Assembly (NCBI RefSeq): GCF_044704955.1
Contig: NC_091999.1
Location: 11,346,001 to 11,410,000, forward strand
DNA: 64,000 nt
Source of the DNA: Pristiophorus japonicus
Lineage: Eukaryota
Reading direction: 5' to 3'
The translations under genes were made by a program, and so were the position numbers. Below the pieces are notes generated by a model that saw only the letters and a program-made list of their open reading frames with translations, was not told the DNA's origin and made no database searches. Position 1 is the first letter of the stretch. Each line of letters begins with the position of its first letter. This document shows, one piece after another, positions 1 through 13,412 of the stretch.

Positions 1-84
1 TATCATACCCTGCCTCGTGGAATCATTACTAAAGGTGCCTACAGACGCAACAACTGGCAACGGGTCCCGAACTGCACGCTCAAC

Positions 85-970
85 ATGTCTAACCTCAGCA
101 ACTTTCAGCAATTTACAGAGGGGGAAGTTTGGGGCGCTTTTGTGGAAAGATTGGAATACTTCTTTATAGCTAACGATCTGGAAGGGGACACACCGGCTAC
201 ACTACAAACGCAGGGCAATTCTGCTTAGCAGTTGAGGACCCATCATCTCCGGTCTCGCCAGGGAATTACTAGCCCCGGAGGAAACAACCACCAAGAGCTA
301 TGAGCAACTTGTAACAATCATACAGGAACAATTAAAATCGAAAGAAAGCATCTTCACAGCCAGGCACGGGTTCGACACTTACCGGCGACCTGATGGCCAA
401 GAAATTTCCAAGTATGCTGTACACTTAGGAAGACTAGCTGCACGGTGTGATTTTGGCGAGCACCTTAATGAAACACTGAGGGACATATTTTTCATCGGAA
501 TCGGCCACAAAGCCTTCCTACACAAATTGCTCTCGGCTGACATCACGTTCATCCAGAAGAAATCAATTCAAGTGAGCCAGGCCTAAATGGTGCCCTGAGT
601 CCCGCAACGCTGAGTCCGCCACATGGGGCAATCCGGATGGCCCCGTGCTAGCGCTGCGGAGGAAACCACAGGGCCCATCAGTGCCGATACGAAGACTATG
701 CATGCAAAGGCTGCAAAGAGAAAGGGCACCTTCAGAGAATGTGCAGAAAAATCTTTACTCACCGTGTCACTGATGAGTTGGCTGATCACCGAGGCTCCGA
801 CACAGAGGATGGGGAAGTTGCTCAACCCGTGGAAGAAGAGTATGGAACTTATACCTGCTCCACCAAAGGTTCTCCGTGGGCGATGAAAGTAGACGTCGGT
901 GGAGTCCCGGTTTCTGTGGAGAGCGAAACAGGGGCGAGCCAGTCTGTGATGACCCAAACGACCTTTGAAT
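85..970 (+). pseudogene. gag: Disrupted gag and aspartic protease remnant
   Basis: ATG at 85 reads MSNLSNFQQFTEGEVWGAFVERLEYFFIANDL, a Gypsy gag W..F.ERLE.FF.AN motif, followed by frameshifts. VDVGGVPVSVESETGASQSVM at 883-950 resembles a DTGA protease site with D changed to E. Confidence 0.75.
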
Positions 971-2388
971 AACTTTGGATGAATCCCGCCCATCGACCAC
1001 AACTGCAGCCTGCCCAAGCCAAGCTGCTCCCAGGCCTCCGGGCTCCAGCAATTGACCACGAACATGGATCCATCGCAGCATCTGGATGTTCCACTGTGCT
1101 GCTTGACGGCCCACAGCATCCCGGCGAAATCTCCAAGACCGAGAATTCAAACTCCACTTTCCGAGCCGAGGCAGCACTCCAAGAGGTGAATTGCGTCGAA
1201 AGAAATGGATTCCCGATGTCCAGGGTCGAACCGGTGAAAGGAAAGAGCACCACAGCCTACCTCCCGCAAGACCAAAAAATGGCTGCCGCAGCAAAAGTAA
1301 AAAAACGTTCAATCAAAGCGGCCACGGCCACAACCACAAGTAAGCATGGAGGAGCATCACGTGACACCGAGCAGTCAATCGGATTTGAAGGCTCGCTGAA
1401 AAGGAGACCAGTAACCAAAAAAATTTAAAGGGAAAGTTTCAACTATTTGAGTACACGGACTTTACAGCTAAAAATGCGATTTACGGGTGCAAGTGTGAAA
1501 ATGTATACAATGTAACAATGAATTTTGATGCTGGTTTAACTAATGTGACTAATGATGTGAATGCAGGTGTCAGTAAGTTTACGAACAAGTTTATTATGCT
1601 TAACAGTCATGATAGAGAATGTGAAATGCCTAATGTAACCATGTCTGTTGAAACCAGGGCACCCAAATGTGATGCAAATGCTAGAATGTATAATGCAGGT
1701 TCGACTATGTGTGATCAGAGCCAACGTGTCACGTATACCGGTAGGACACTGTCAAAGGAAATTGGGTCCTATAGGGATCAAGCTGATGCCAATGGAATCC
1801 CCCTGTGGGAGACACCCAGGTAGCCTGGACCTTTGGAATGAATGCGATGCCCTTTGCAGGACACACACATAGGCAGTGGGAGCAGACCCACTACAGGGAT
1901 AGTGGTCAATGGGCAGCTCAGCGATCAACAATGGCAACCTGCACCAGACCAGCCCTACAACGCTGGCCACCAGGTCCAGCACCAGGAGCATGATGCCAAT
2001 ACACTCCAGCTTCCCTGGCAAACTCTGGGATGACCTGACCCTCATCCCAATTTGTGGACAAGGAGCCCACCCAGTCGTGTGGCCCTGTCCACCACCCCAC
2101 AACATAAACCTAGCTAGTCTTATCATCCTGCACACAACTAACCACATCACAGTGTATACACACCACCCACTGCTGCCGTGGCTACCCCCCAACCCCCGAA
2201 GTATCCCACAACAGTAACACCCATATGGTCTATGTGTGAAGGAGGGGAAACGTATGAGGCCAGCCTCAACCACAAGGGTCACACCTGGCAAACACACAAA
2301 ATTCACCACAACCTCCCATAGCCCACCACTGATCAACTCCCCTGGCCATGTAAATCAGGATATGAAAAATGCTTACGGTGGGAAGTGT

Positions 2389-2667
2389 TGTTGTGCACGC
2401 ATGCCTGTTTACTGTGTGATGTCTGTAACACTGTTGTGCAACACTGAATGTACCCTTACACTGTACACAGCTTACCTGTACACCAGAATGTGCTGCTGCT
2501 GGAGACCTAAGGGTTACCTGCACAATGCTGGTAACCAAGTACAAAAAGGAACACACAGCTTGCTGTCTGCACTCAGGAGCTGCAAATAACGTACTACAGA
2601 TCTACACAATTTAAGTATCATACCCTGCCTCGTGTAATCATTACTGAACATGCCTACATACGCAACA
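2389..2667 (+). repeat. 3' LTR (~280 bp)
   Basis: TGTTGTG...CGCAACA inverted termini; its 3' end matches window bases 1-52. Confidence 0.8.
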
Positions 2668-5611
2668 GCGGGAGTCCGGGGATCGGCGGCAGTTCGAGGG
2701 GCGGAGCAGCAGCGTGCGTGAGGCCTGTAAAGGCCTACCGGTGCAGCTGCAGCAGGGTCAGAAGGCAAAAAAGAAGTAGAAAGAAATGGAACGGGGGTAA
2801 GTGATTGGCTGGAAATTGGTAAATAGTTTTTCTTTTTCTTTTCGATATCAGTAAGTAACCTTTAGCATTGCTGTTGCCAATATACGTTTACCTAGGGGTT
2901 AAGTCATGGCAGGACAGCTCAGACACGTGCTATGCTCCACCTGTACTGTGTGGGAAGTCAGGGACGCTTCCGCGGTCCTTGACGACGATGTGTGCAGGAT
3001 GTTTATCCGGCTGCAGCTCCTGACGGACCACATTGCGGCGCTGGAGCTGCGGGTGGATTCACTCTGGAGCATGCACGATGCTGATAATGACGTGAATAGC
3101 AAGTTTAGTGAGTTGGTCTTAGCGCGGGAAAAGTTTACTCAGGCAGATAGGGAATGGATTACCAAAAGGAAGAGCAGTGGTAGGAAGGTAATGGAGGGGT
3201 CCCGTGCGGTCATCCCCCTTCAAAACAGATACACCGCTTTGGGTACTGTTGAGGGGGATGACTCACCAGGGGAGGGCAGCAGCAGCCAAGTTAATGGCAC
3301 CGTGGGTGGCTCTGCTGCACAGGAGGGCACGAAAAAGTGTGGGAGAGCTATAGGGATAGGGGATTCAATTGAAGGGGAATAGATCGACGTTTCTGCGGCC
3401 GCAACCGAGACTCCAGGATGGTATGTTGCCTCCATGGTGCAGGACATTCTCGGAGCGGGTGCAGGACATTCTGAAAAGCGAAGGTGAACAGCCATTTGTC
3501 GTGTTGCATATAGGTACCATAGATATAGGCAAAAAAATGGATAAAATCCTACAAGATGAATTTAGGGAGCTTGGAGGTAAATTAAAAAGTAGGACCTCAA
3601 AAGTAGTAATCTCAGGATTGCTGCCAGTGCCACGTGCTAGTCAGAGTAGGAATCGCAGGATAGCTCAGATGAATACTTGGCTTGAGGAGTGATGCAGCAG
3701 GGAAGGATTCAAATTCCTGCTACATTGGAACCAGTTCTGGGGGAGGTGGGTCCAGTACAAACCAGATGGTCTACGCCTGCGCAGGACTGGAACCATTGTC
3801 CCAGGGGGAATGTTTGCTAGCGCTGTTGGGGAGAAGTTAAAGTAATACAGCAGAGGATGGGAACCTATGCAGGGAGAGAGAGGGAAGTAGAATGGGGGCA
3901 GAAGCTAAAGATATGAAAGAAGAAACGCAAAAGTGGAGGGCAGAGAAACCTAAGGCAAAAAACAAATAGGGCCACATTACAGCAAAATTCTAAAGGGGCA
4001 AAGTGTGTTAAAAAGAAAAGCCTGAAGGCTCTGTGCCTCAATGCGAGGAGTATGCGCAATTAGGTGGATGAATTAACTGCGCAGAGAGCAGTTAATGGCT
4101 ATGAAGTAATTGGCATCATGGAGACATGGCTCCAGTGTGACCAAGGCTGGGAACTCAACATCCAGGGGTATTCAACATGCAGGAAGTATAGACAGAAAGG
4201 AAAAGAAGGCTTGGTGTCATTGCTTGTTAAATAGGAAAGTAATGCAATATTAAGAAAGGACATTAGTTTGGATGATGTGGAATCGGTTTGGGTGGAGCTG
4301 CGGAATACCAAGGGGCAGAACACGCTCGTGGGAGTTGTGTACAGACCACCAAGCAGTATTAGAAAGGTTGGGGACAGAATCAATGAAGAAATAAGGGATG
4401 CATGCAATAAAGGTACAGCAGTTATCATTGGTGACTTTAATCGACATATTGATTGGGCTAACAAAACTGGTAGCATTGCGGTGGAGGAGGAGTTCCTGGA
4501 GTGAATGAGGGATGATTTTCCAAACCAAAAGGTCGAGGAACCAACCAGAGAGCTGGCCATCCAAGACTTGGTGATGTGTAATGAGAAAGGACTAATTTGC
4601 AATCTTGTTGTGCGAGACCCCTTGGGGAAGAGTGAACATAACATGGTAGAATTCTTAATGAGAATGGAGACTAACGCAGTTAATTCAGAAACTCGGGTCC
4701 AGAACTTAAGGAAAGGAAATTTGGTTGGTTTGAGGCGTGAATTGGCTCTAGTAGACTGGCAAATGATACTTAAAGGGTTGACGGTGGATAGGCAATGGCA
4801 AACATTTAAAGTTCACATGGTTAAATTTCAGCAATTGTACATCGCTGTCTGGAGTAAAAATAAAGCGGGAAGGTGGTTCTACCGTGGCGAATCCAAGGTA
4901 GAGGCATATACATTGGCCAGAAAAAGTATCAAACCTGAGGATTGGGAGACATTTAGAATTCAGCAGAGGAGGACAAAGAGTTTAATTAAGAGGGGGAAAA
5001 TAGCGTCCGAGAGGAAGCATGCCGGGAACATAAAAACTGACTGCAAAAGCTTCTATAGATATGTGAAGAGGAAAATATTAGTGAAAACAAACGTAGGTCA
5101 CTTGCAGTCGGATTCAGGTGAATTTATAATGGGGTAAACAAAGAAATGCAGACCAATTGAACAAATACGTTGGTTCTGTCTTCACGAAGGAAGACACAAA
5201 TAACCTTCAGAATGTAGTAGAGGTCCGAGAGTCTAGTGTGAAGGAGGACCTGACTGATATCTTTATTAGGCGGGAAATTTTGTTAGGGATAAATCCCTGT
5301 GGCCTGATAGTCTGCATCCCAGAGTACTTAAGGAATGGCCCTAGAAATAGTGGATGCATTGGTGATCATTTTGCAACAGTCTATCGACTCGGGATCAGTT
5401 CCTATGGACTGGAGGGTAGCTAATGTAACACCACTTTTTAAAAAGGGAGAGAGACAGAAAGCGGGTAATTATAGACTGGGTGGCGGTGTGAGCTGTGAGG
5501 TGGTGCTAAGAGGCTGCAGGTTGATTTCGACAGTTACGTGAGTGGCCAAATGCATGCCAGATGCAGTATAATGTGGATAAATGTGAGGTTTTCCACATTG
5601 GGGGCAAAAAC
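2668..5611 (+). mobile_element. CR1 LINE, 5'-complete, decayed, RT core internally deleted
   Basis: ORF1 from 2906 has CxxC/leucine-rich and esterase-like motifs (IGDS, VVLHIGT.DI, VVISGLLPVP). The endonuclease has LCLNARS, VVYRPP and IIGDFN. The RT jumps from GNYR directly to LGGGVSC at ~5476. Confidence 0.9.
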
Positions 5612-7797
5612 GCCCACTCATCTAACCTATCCAAGTCACCCTGCAGCCTCTTAGCGTCCTCGTCACAGCTCACACCTCCACCCAGTTTAGCGGTCATCTG
5701 CAAACTTGGAGATATTAAACTCAACTCCTTCATACAAATCATTAATGTATATTGCAAATAGCTGGGGTCCCAGCACTGAGCCCTGCGGCACCCCACTAGC
5801 CACAGCCTGCCATTCTGAAAAGGACCCGTTTATCTCGACTCTCTGCTTCCTTTCTACCAACCAGTTCTCTATCCACATCAGTACATTACTCCCAATACCA
5901 TGTGCTTTCATTTTGCACACCAATCTCTTGTGTGGGACCTGCTCAAAAGCCTTTTGAAAGTCCAAATACACCACATCTACGGGTTCTCCCTTGTCCACTC
6001 TAGTAGTTATATCCTCAAAAAATTCCAGAAGGTTTGTCGAAGATGATTTCCCTGTCATCAACCCATGTTGACTTGGACCGATCCTATCACTGCTTTCCAA
6101 ATGCGTTGTTATTTCATCTTTAATAATTAATTGCAACATTTTCCCCATGACTGATGTCAGGCTGATCGGTCTATAAATACCTGTTTTCTCTCTCCCTCCT
6201 TTTTTAAAAAGTGGTGTTGCATTAGCAACACTCCAGTCCATAGGAACTGATCCAGAGTCGATAGAGTGATGAAAAATGACACCCAATGCATCCACTATTT
6301 CTAGGGCCACTTCCTTAGGTACTCTGGGATGCAGATTATGAGTACCCAGGGATTTATCGGCCTTCAATCTCATCAATTCCCTTAATACAATTTCCCACCT
6401 TGTAAGGATATAATTCAGTTCCTCCTCACTAGACCCTCGGTCCCCTCGTACTTCTGGAAGGTAGTTCGTGTCTTCCTTCGTGAAGACAGAATCAAAGTAA
6501 TTCATCAACTGGTCTGCCATTTCTTTGTTCCCCATTATAAAGTCACCTTTAATCTGACTGCAAGGAACCTGCGTTTGTTTTCAATACCCTTTTCCTCTTC
6601 ACATATCTATCGAAGCTTTTCGAGTCAGTTTTTATGTTCCCAGCAAGCTTTCTCTCATACTCGATTTCCCCACCCTCCTAATTAAACCCTTTGTCCTCCT
6701 CTGCTGAATTATACATTTCTCCCAGTCCTCAGGTTTGCTTCTTTTTCTGGCCAATTTGTATGCCTCTTCCTTGGATTTAACACTCTCATTAATTTCCCTT
6801 GTTAGACACGGTTGAGCCACCATTCCCATTTTATTTTTACTCCAGACAGGGATATACAATTGTTGAAGTTCATCCATGAGATCTTTAAATGCTTGCATTT
6901 CATCTCCGGCGGCAACCCTTTAAATATCATTCTCCAGTCTATTCTAGCCACTTCCCGTCTCATACTATCGAAGTTACATTTCCTTAAGTTCAGGGCCCTG
7001 GTCTCTGAATTAACTGTGTCACTCTCCATCTTAATAAAGCATTCTACCACATTATGTTCACTCTTCCCCAAGGGGCCTCGCACAACAAGATTGCTAATAA
7101 GTCCTTTCTAATTACAAATCACCCAGCCGAGCATCGCCAGCCCTCGAGTTGGATCCTCGACATATTGGTTTAGAAAACCATCCCTACTACAGTCCAGGAA
7201 ATCGTCCTCGACCGTATTGCTACCAGTTTGCTTTGCCCAATCTATATGTAGATTAATATCGCCCATGATGACTGCTGTACCTTTATTGCATGCATCCCTT
7301 ATTTCTTGTCTGATGCTGTCCACAACCTCACTACTGTTTGATGGTCTATAAACAACTCCCACCAGCGTTTTCTATACTATGGTATTCCGTAGCACCACCC
7401 ATACAGCTTCCACATCATCCAAGCTAATGTCCTTCCTTACTATTGCTTTAATTTCTAATTTAACTTGCAACGCTACCCCATCTCCTTTTCCTTTCTGTCT
7501 ATCCTTCCTGAATGTTGAACACCTCTGGATGTCGAGTTACCAGCCTTGGTCACCCTGGAGCCATGCCTCCGTGATGCCAATGGTATCATATAAATTAATT
7601 GCTGCCTGTGCAGTTAATTCGTCCACCTTATTAAGAATACTCCTCGCATTGAGGCACAGAGCCTTCAGGCTTGTCTTTTTCACTCACTTTATCCTTTTAC
7701 AATTTTGCTGCAATGTGGCCCTTTTAGAATTTTGCCTTGGGTTTCTCTGCCCTCCACTTTTACATTCCATCTTTCAATATTTTGCTTCTACCCCCAT
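5612..7797 (-). mobile_element. CR1 LINE ORF2 fragment (endonuclease-RT)
   Basis: ORF 5687-6535 has [30 protein letters not shown] and KFADD. Endonuclease motifs occur at 7108-7362. Confidence 0.9.
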
Positions 7798-8295
7798 TCT
7801 AAAAGGGATGAAAAAGCAGGATGGCAGCCAGAAGATTCAGCTGACAGTCAGAGGAAATGTTGGGATAATCAGAGATAAAAATAAAATAAAACAAGCCTAT
7901 ATCTTTATACTCGCCTGCTGCAGAGTGCATATAAAAGAAATAGATACTCAAACAAATCGAATTCAAGAGTTCGATGCGAAGATAAATAAGCTGGAAGAGA
8001 AAAACAAACGGAGAGTAGAGTGTAGGGCCGTAGGGGGAAAAATGCAAAATTTTCTCAAGCACGGCATGTGTAAAGACGAGCAAGGAGAAGCCCATCAAAA
8101 GATAATTAAGTTGGTATTTAAAGTGGGGCATGATTACAATGGAACTTTGGAATGGGCAGATCATGTAATGGAGTTAAAGTCAGAACAATAGAAGAAGATA
8201 GCAAAAATAGCAGCAGAGACGAAGGGATAGGAGACAGATCCCCGCGGAGCTCCCCTGATATGGTTTAGCTGCAATAAGGGAGGAGGCGCAGGAAG

Positions 8296-8710
8296 GTGAG
8301 GCCCTCAACAGGCAAAGAAGGGAGCACTGTTTTGCAGTATGTGTATGATATCCTTATTGCCTCCAGTACAGAACAACACATACTCACTTTAATTATAGTG
8401 CTAGGAGCTCTACAGAGTGCACGATTAAAAATAAATCCTAGGAAGGTGCAGGTGGAAAGAAGCAAAGTAACATATCTAGGATACATAATATCACAAGGGA
8501 AGATACAGATACCTGAGGACAGAAAGAATGCAATTCGATCAATGCCCAGGCCTGGAAATGTGAAAGGGGTCAGGCAGGTACTAGGGCTATTGAACAATTG
8601 CAGAAATGCTGAGATCGGGAAATTGTGGTTGTAAAGTTAAAACAAGCGCTCATAATGCTCCAACGCTGGGATTACTCAACCAGAATAGGCCGTTCCACAT
8701 CTATCCCCAC
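8296..8710 (+). pseudogene. pol: Retroviral reverse transcriptase remnant
   Basis: LQYVYDILIAS (decayed YVDD), VTYLGY, MPRP..VKGVRQVLGLLNNCR, and APTLGL..Q.RPFHIY. Confidence 0.85.
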
Positions 8711-8715
8711 TACAG

Positions 8716-8946
8716 GCTGAGTCGGGATTCTGTGAGGCAGAGAGGCCGACAAAAGGTCGCGAGGACGGGAGGTGCGTCGCTGAGTCGGGAGTCCGTGAGT
8801 CAGAGGGGCCTACAAAAGGCCGCGACGTCGGGAGGTGCGTTGCTGAGTCGGTAATCCGTGTGTCAGAGAGGCCTACAAAAGGCTGCGAGGTCGGGAGGTG
8901 CGTCGCTGAGTCGGGAGTCCGTGAGTCAGAGAGGCCTACAAAAGGC
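8716..8946 (+). repeat. 63-bp tandem repeat (~3.6 copies) in the CR1 5' UTR
   Basis: GCTGAGTCGG... units start at 8716, 8779, 8842 and 8905. Confidence 0.9.
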
Positions 8947-11900
8947 AAGCTTGTGCAGCTACAGGGAGAAGGCAAAAAATAAGTGGAAAGAAAAAGAAAG
9001 GTGACGTCACAGCCAAGGGAGTAAGTGATTGGCTGGTGACTGGTAGGTAGTTTTTCTTTATTCTCTTCGATATTAGTGATTAACGTTCAGCACTGTTGTT
9101 TCCAATTTAAGTTAATCTAAGAGTTAGGTCATGGCAGGAGAGCTCGGACACGTGATATGCTCCTCCTGTACCATGTGGGAACTCAGGGCAATTTACGTTG
9201 TCTCTGACGACCACGTGTGCGGGAAGTGTATCCGCCTCCAGCTCCTGACAGACCACATTGCGGAATTGGAGCTGAGGGTGGATTCACTCTGGAGCATCCA
9301 TGATGCTGAGAATGACGTGAGTAGCACGTGTAGCGAGTTGGTATTACCGCAGGTGAAGGGTCCACAGCCAGCTAGGGAAGGGAAGACCAGCAGGAAGAGC
9401 AGTGCAAGGAAGGTAGTGCAGGGGTCCCCTGCGGTCATCCCCCTGCAAAACAGATACACCGCTTTGAGTACTGTTGAGGGGGATGACTCATCGGGGAGGG
9501 CAGCAGCAACCAAGTTCATGGCACTGTGGCTGGCTCTGCTGCAAGGAGGGCAGGAAAAAAGAGTGGGAGAGCGATAGTGATAGGGGATTCAATTGCAAGG
9601 GGAATAGATAGGCGTTTCTGCGGCCGCAACCGAGACTCCAGGATGCTATGTTGCCTCCCTAGTGCAAGGGTCAAGGATGACTCGTAGCGGGTGCAGGACA
9701 TTCTGAAAAGGGAGGGTGAACAGCAAGTTGTCGTGGTGCACATTCGTACCAAGGATATAGGTAAAAAAAAAGGGATGACATCCTAGAAGACGAATTTAAG
9801 GAGCTAGGAGCTAAATTAAAACGTAGGACCTCAAAAGTCGTAATCTCGGGATTGCTACCAGTGCCACGTGCGAGTCAGAGTAGGAATCGTAGGATAGCTT
9901 AGATGAATACGTGGCTTGAGCAGTGATGCAGCAGGGAGGGATTCAAATTCCTGGGGCATTGGACCCGGTTCTGTGGGAGGTGGGACCAGTACAAACTGGA
10001 CGGTCTGCACCTGGGCAGGACCGGAACCAATGTCCAAGGGGGAGTGTTTGCTAGTGCTGTTGGGGAGGAGTTAAACTAATATGGCAGGGGGATGGGAACC
10101 AATGCAGGGAGACAGAGGGAAACAAAATGGAGAAAACTGCAAAAGACAGAAAGGAGATGAGCAAAAGTGGAGGGCAGAGAAACCCAAGGCAAAAAACAAA
10201 AAGGGTCAATGGACAGCAAAATTCTAAAGGGTCAAAGTGTAATAAAAAGGCAAGCATCAAAGCTCGATGCCTCAATACAAGGAGTATTCGGAACCCAGGA
10301 GAGGGCTCTGAGCTAGTTAGAGTGGATGAGAGCTCAGATGAAAAGGACCCCAAGAAAGAATGCAAAAGGCAGGAGGCAACAGAGCAGAGTAGCACTGGGG
10401 TCCGTGTAAACCACAAAGTGATCGGAGGGGACAATATGTATGAATATAAATGGGCTGCAGGAGGGGTCGAAACTAAAAATCATGGTTTAAAAACTAGTAT
10501 TAAAACACTACCTAAACGCCAGCAGCATTCGAAATAAAGTAAATGAGTTGACAGCACAAATCATTACAAATGGGTATGATTTGGTGGCCATTACAGAAAC
10601 GTGGTTGCAGGGTAGCCAACACTGGGAATTAAACATACAGGGGTATCTGACAATTAGAAAAGATAGACAAGAAGGGAAAGGAGGTGGGGTAGCTCTGTTA
10701 GAAAAGGATGATATCAGGGCAATTGTGAGAGACGATATTGGCTGTAATGAACAAAATGTTGAATCATTGTGGATGGAGATTAGAGATAGTAAGGGGAAAA
10801 AGTCACTGATGAGCGTAGTGTGTAGGCCACCAAATAATAACTTCACTGTGGGCCGGCAATAATCAAGGGAATAAAGGAGGCATGTGAAAAAGGAACGGCA
10901 GTAAATATGGGGGATTTTAACCTACATATCTATTGGTCAAACCAAATCGCACGGGGTAGCCTTCAGGAGTAATTCATAGAATGTATACGGGATTGTTTCT
11001 TTGAACATAATATTACAGAACCTTCAAGGGAGCAAGCTATCTTAGATCTGGTCCTGTGTAATGAGACAGGAATAATAAATGATCTCCTCGTAAAAGATCC
11101 TCTAGGAATGAGTGATCACAGTATGGTTAAATTTGTAATGCAGATTGAGGGTGAGGAAGTAGTGTCTCAAACGAGCGTACTATGCTTAAACAAAGGGGAC
11201 TACAGTGGGATGAAGACAGAGTTGGCTAAAGTAGACTGGAACATAGACTAAACGGTGGCACAATTGAGGAACAGTGGAGGACATTTAAGGAGCTCTATCA
11301 TAGTGCTCAACAAAAATGTATTCCAGTGCAAAAGATGGGCGGTAAGAGAAGGGATAACAAGCCGTGGATAACCAAGGAAATAAAGGAGAGCATCAAATTA
11401 AAAACCAATGCGTATAAGGTGGCCAAGGTTAGTGGGAAACCAGCAGATTGAGAAAATTTTAAAGGACAGCAAAGAATGACTAAGAAAGCAATAAAGAAGG
11501 GAAAGATAGATTACGAAAGTAAACTTGCACAAAACATAAAAACAGATAGTAATACCTTTTACCGATATATAAAACGGAAAAGAGTGACTAAAGTAAATGT
11601 TGGTCCCTTCGAAGATGAGAAGGGGAATTTAATAATGGGAAATGTGGAAATGGCTTTGACCTTAAACAATTTTTTTGCTTCGGTCTTCACAGTGGAAGAC
11701 ACAAAAACCATGCCAAAAATTGCTGATCACGGGAATGTGGGAAGAGAGGACCTTGAGATAATCACTATCACTATGGGGGAGTGCTGGACAGGCTAATGGG
11801 ACTGAAGGTAGACAAGTCCGCTGGTCCTGATGAAATGCATCCCAGGGTATTAAAAGAGATGGCGGAAGTTATAGCAGATGCATTCGTTATAATCTACCAA

Positions 11901-13407
11901 AATTCTCTGGAATCTGGGGAGGTACCAGCGGATTGGAAAGCAGCTAATGTAACGCCTCTGTTTAAAAAAGAGGGCAGACAAAAGGCAGGTAACTCGAGGC
12001 CGGTTAGTTTAACATCTGTAGTGGGTAAAATGCATGAAGCTATCATTAAGGAAGAAATACCGGGGCATCTAGATAGGAACAGTGCAATCAAGCAGACGCA
12101 ACATGGATTCATGAAGGGGAAATCATGTTTAACTAATGTACTGGAATTCTTTGAGGATATAACGAGCATGGTGGATAGAGGTGTACCGATGGATGTGGTG
12201 TATTTAGATTTCCAAAGGAATTCGATAAGGTGCCACACCAAAGGTTACTGCAGAAGATAAAGGTACGCGGAGTCAGAGGAAATGTATTAGCATGGATAGA
12301 GAATTGGCTAGCTAACAGAAAGCAGAGAGTCGGGATAAATGGGTCCTTTTCGGGTTGGAAATCGGCGGTTAGTGGTGTGCCACAGGGATCGGTGCTGGGA
12401 CCACAACTGTTTACAATATACATAGATGACCTGGAAGAGGGGACAGAGTGTCATGTAACAAAATTTGCAGATGACACAAAGATTAGTGGGAAAGCGGGTT
12501 GTGTAGAGGACACAGACAGGCTGCAAAGAGATTTGGATAGGTTAAGCGAATGGCCTAATTTTTGGCAGATGGAATATAATGTAGGAAAATGTGAGGTCAT
12601 CCACCTTGGGGGAAAAAAACAGTAAAATGGAATCTTATTTGAATGGGGAGAAATTATAACATGCTGCGGTGCAGAGGGACCTGGGGGTCCTTGAGCATGA
12701 ATCCCAAAATGTTAGTTTGCAGGTGCAGCAGGTAATCACGAAGGCGAATGGAATGTTGGCCTTCATTGCGAGAGGGATGGAGTACAAAAGCAGGGAGGTC
12801 CTGCGGCATCTGTATAGGGTATTGGGGAGGCCACACCTGGGATACTGCGTGCAGTTTTGGTCACCTTTTTAAGGAAGGATATACTGGCTTTGGAGCAGGT
12901 ACAGAGCCGATTCACTCGGCTGATTCCGGAGATGAGGGGGTAAACGTATGATGATCGATTGAGTAGACTGGGTCTTTACTTGATGGAGTTCAGAAGGATG
13001 AGGGGTGATCTTATAGAAACATTCAAAATAATGAAAGGGATAGAAAAGATAGAGGCAGAGATGTTGTTTCCACTGGTCGGGGAGACTAGAACTAGGAGGC
13101 ACAGCCTCAAAATACGGGGGAGCCAAATTTAAACCGAGTTGAAAAGGAACTTCTTCTCCCAGAGGCTTGTGAATCTGTGGAATTCTCTGCCCAAGGAAGC
13201 AGTTGAGGCTAGCTCATTGAATGGAATGTATTCAAATCACAGAGAGATAGATTTTTAACCAATAAGGGAATTAAGGATTATGGGGAGCGGGCGGGTAAGT
13301 GGAGGTAGTCCGTGGCCAGATCAGCCATGATCTTGTTGAATGGCGGAGCATGCTCGAATGGGGTAGATGGCCTACTTCTGTTCCTAATGCTTATGTTCTT
13401 CTGTTCT
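8716..13407 (+). mobile_element. Full-length CR1 LINE (chimeric), with putative 5-bp TSD TACAG
   Basis: 5' tandem repeats, ORF1 from 9131, ORF2 ~10490-13310 ([15 protein letters not shown]), and a 3' UTR ending in TTATGTTC-like repeats. TACAG occurs at 8711-8715 and 13408-13412. Confidence 0.92.
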
Positions 13408-13412
13408 TACAG

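Larger units (their letters stand above)
1..2667 (+). mobile_element. Gypsy-like LTR retrotransposon, non-autonomous (gag + protease remnant, no RT/IN)
   Basis: Bases 1-52 are repeated at ~2616-2667 (TATCATACCCTGCCTCGTG...CGCAACA). The 3' LTR runs 2389-2667 with TGTTG...CAACA ends. A PBS-like ACTGGCAACG follows the 5' LTR and a purine tract GGTGGGAAG precedes the 3' LTR. Confidence 0.85.

Noticed and set aside
7379-8191. 270-aa ORF as a real gene
   Set aside because: It is a chance fusion of antisense CR1 sequence with an ERV gag remnant.
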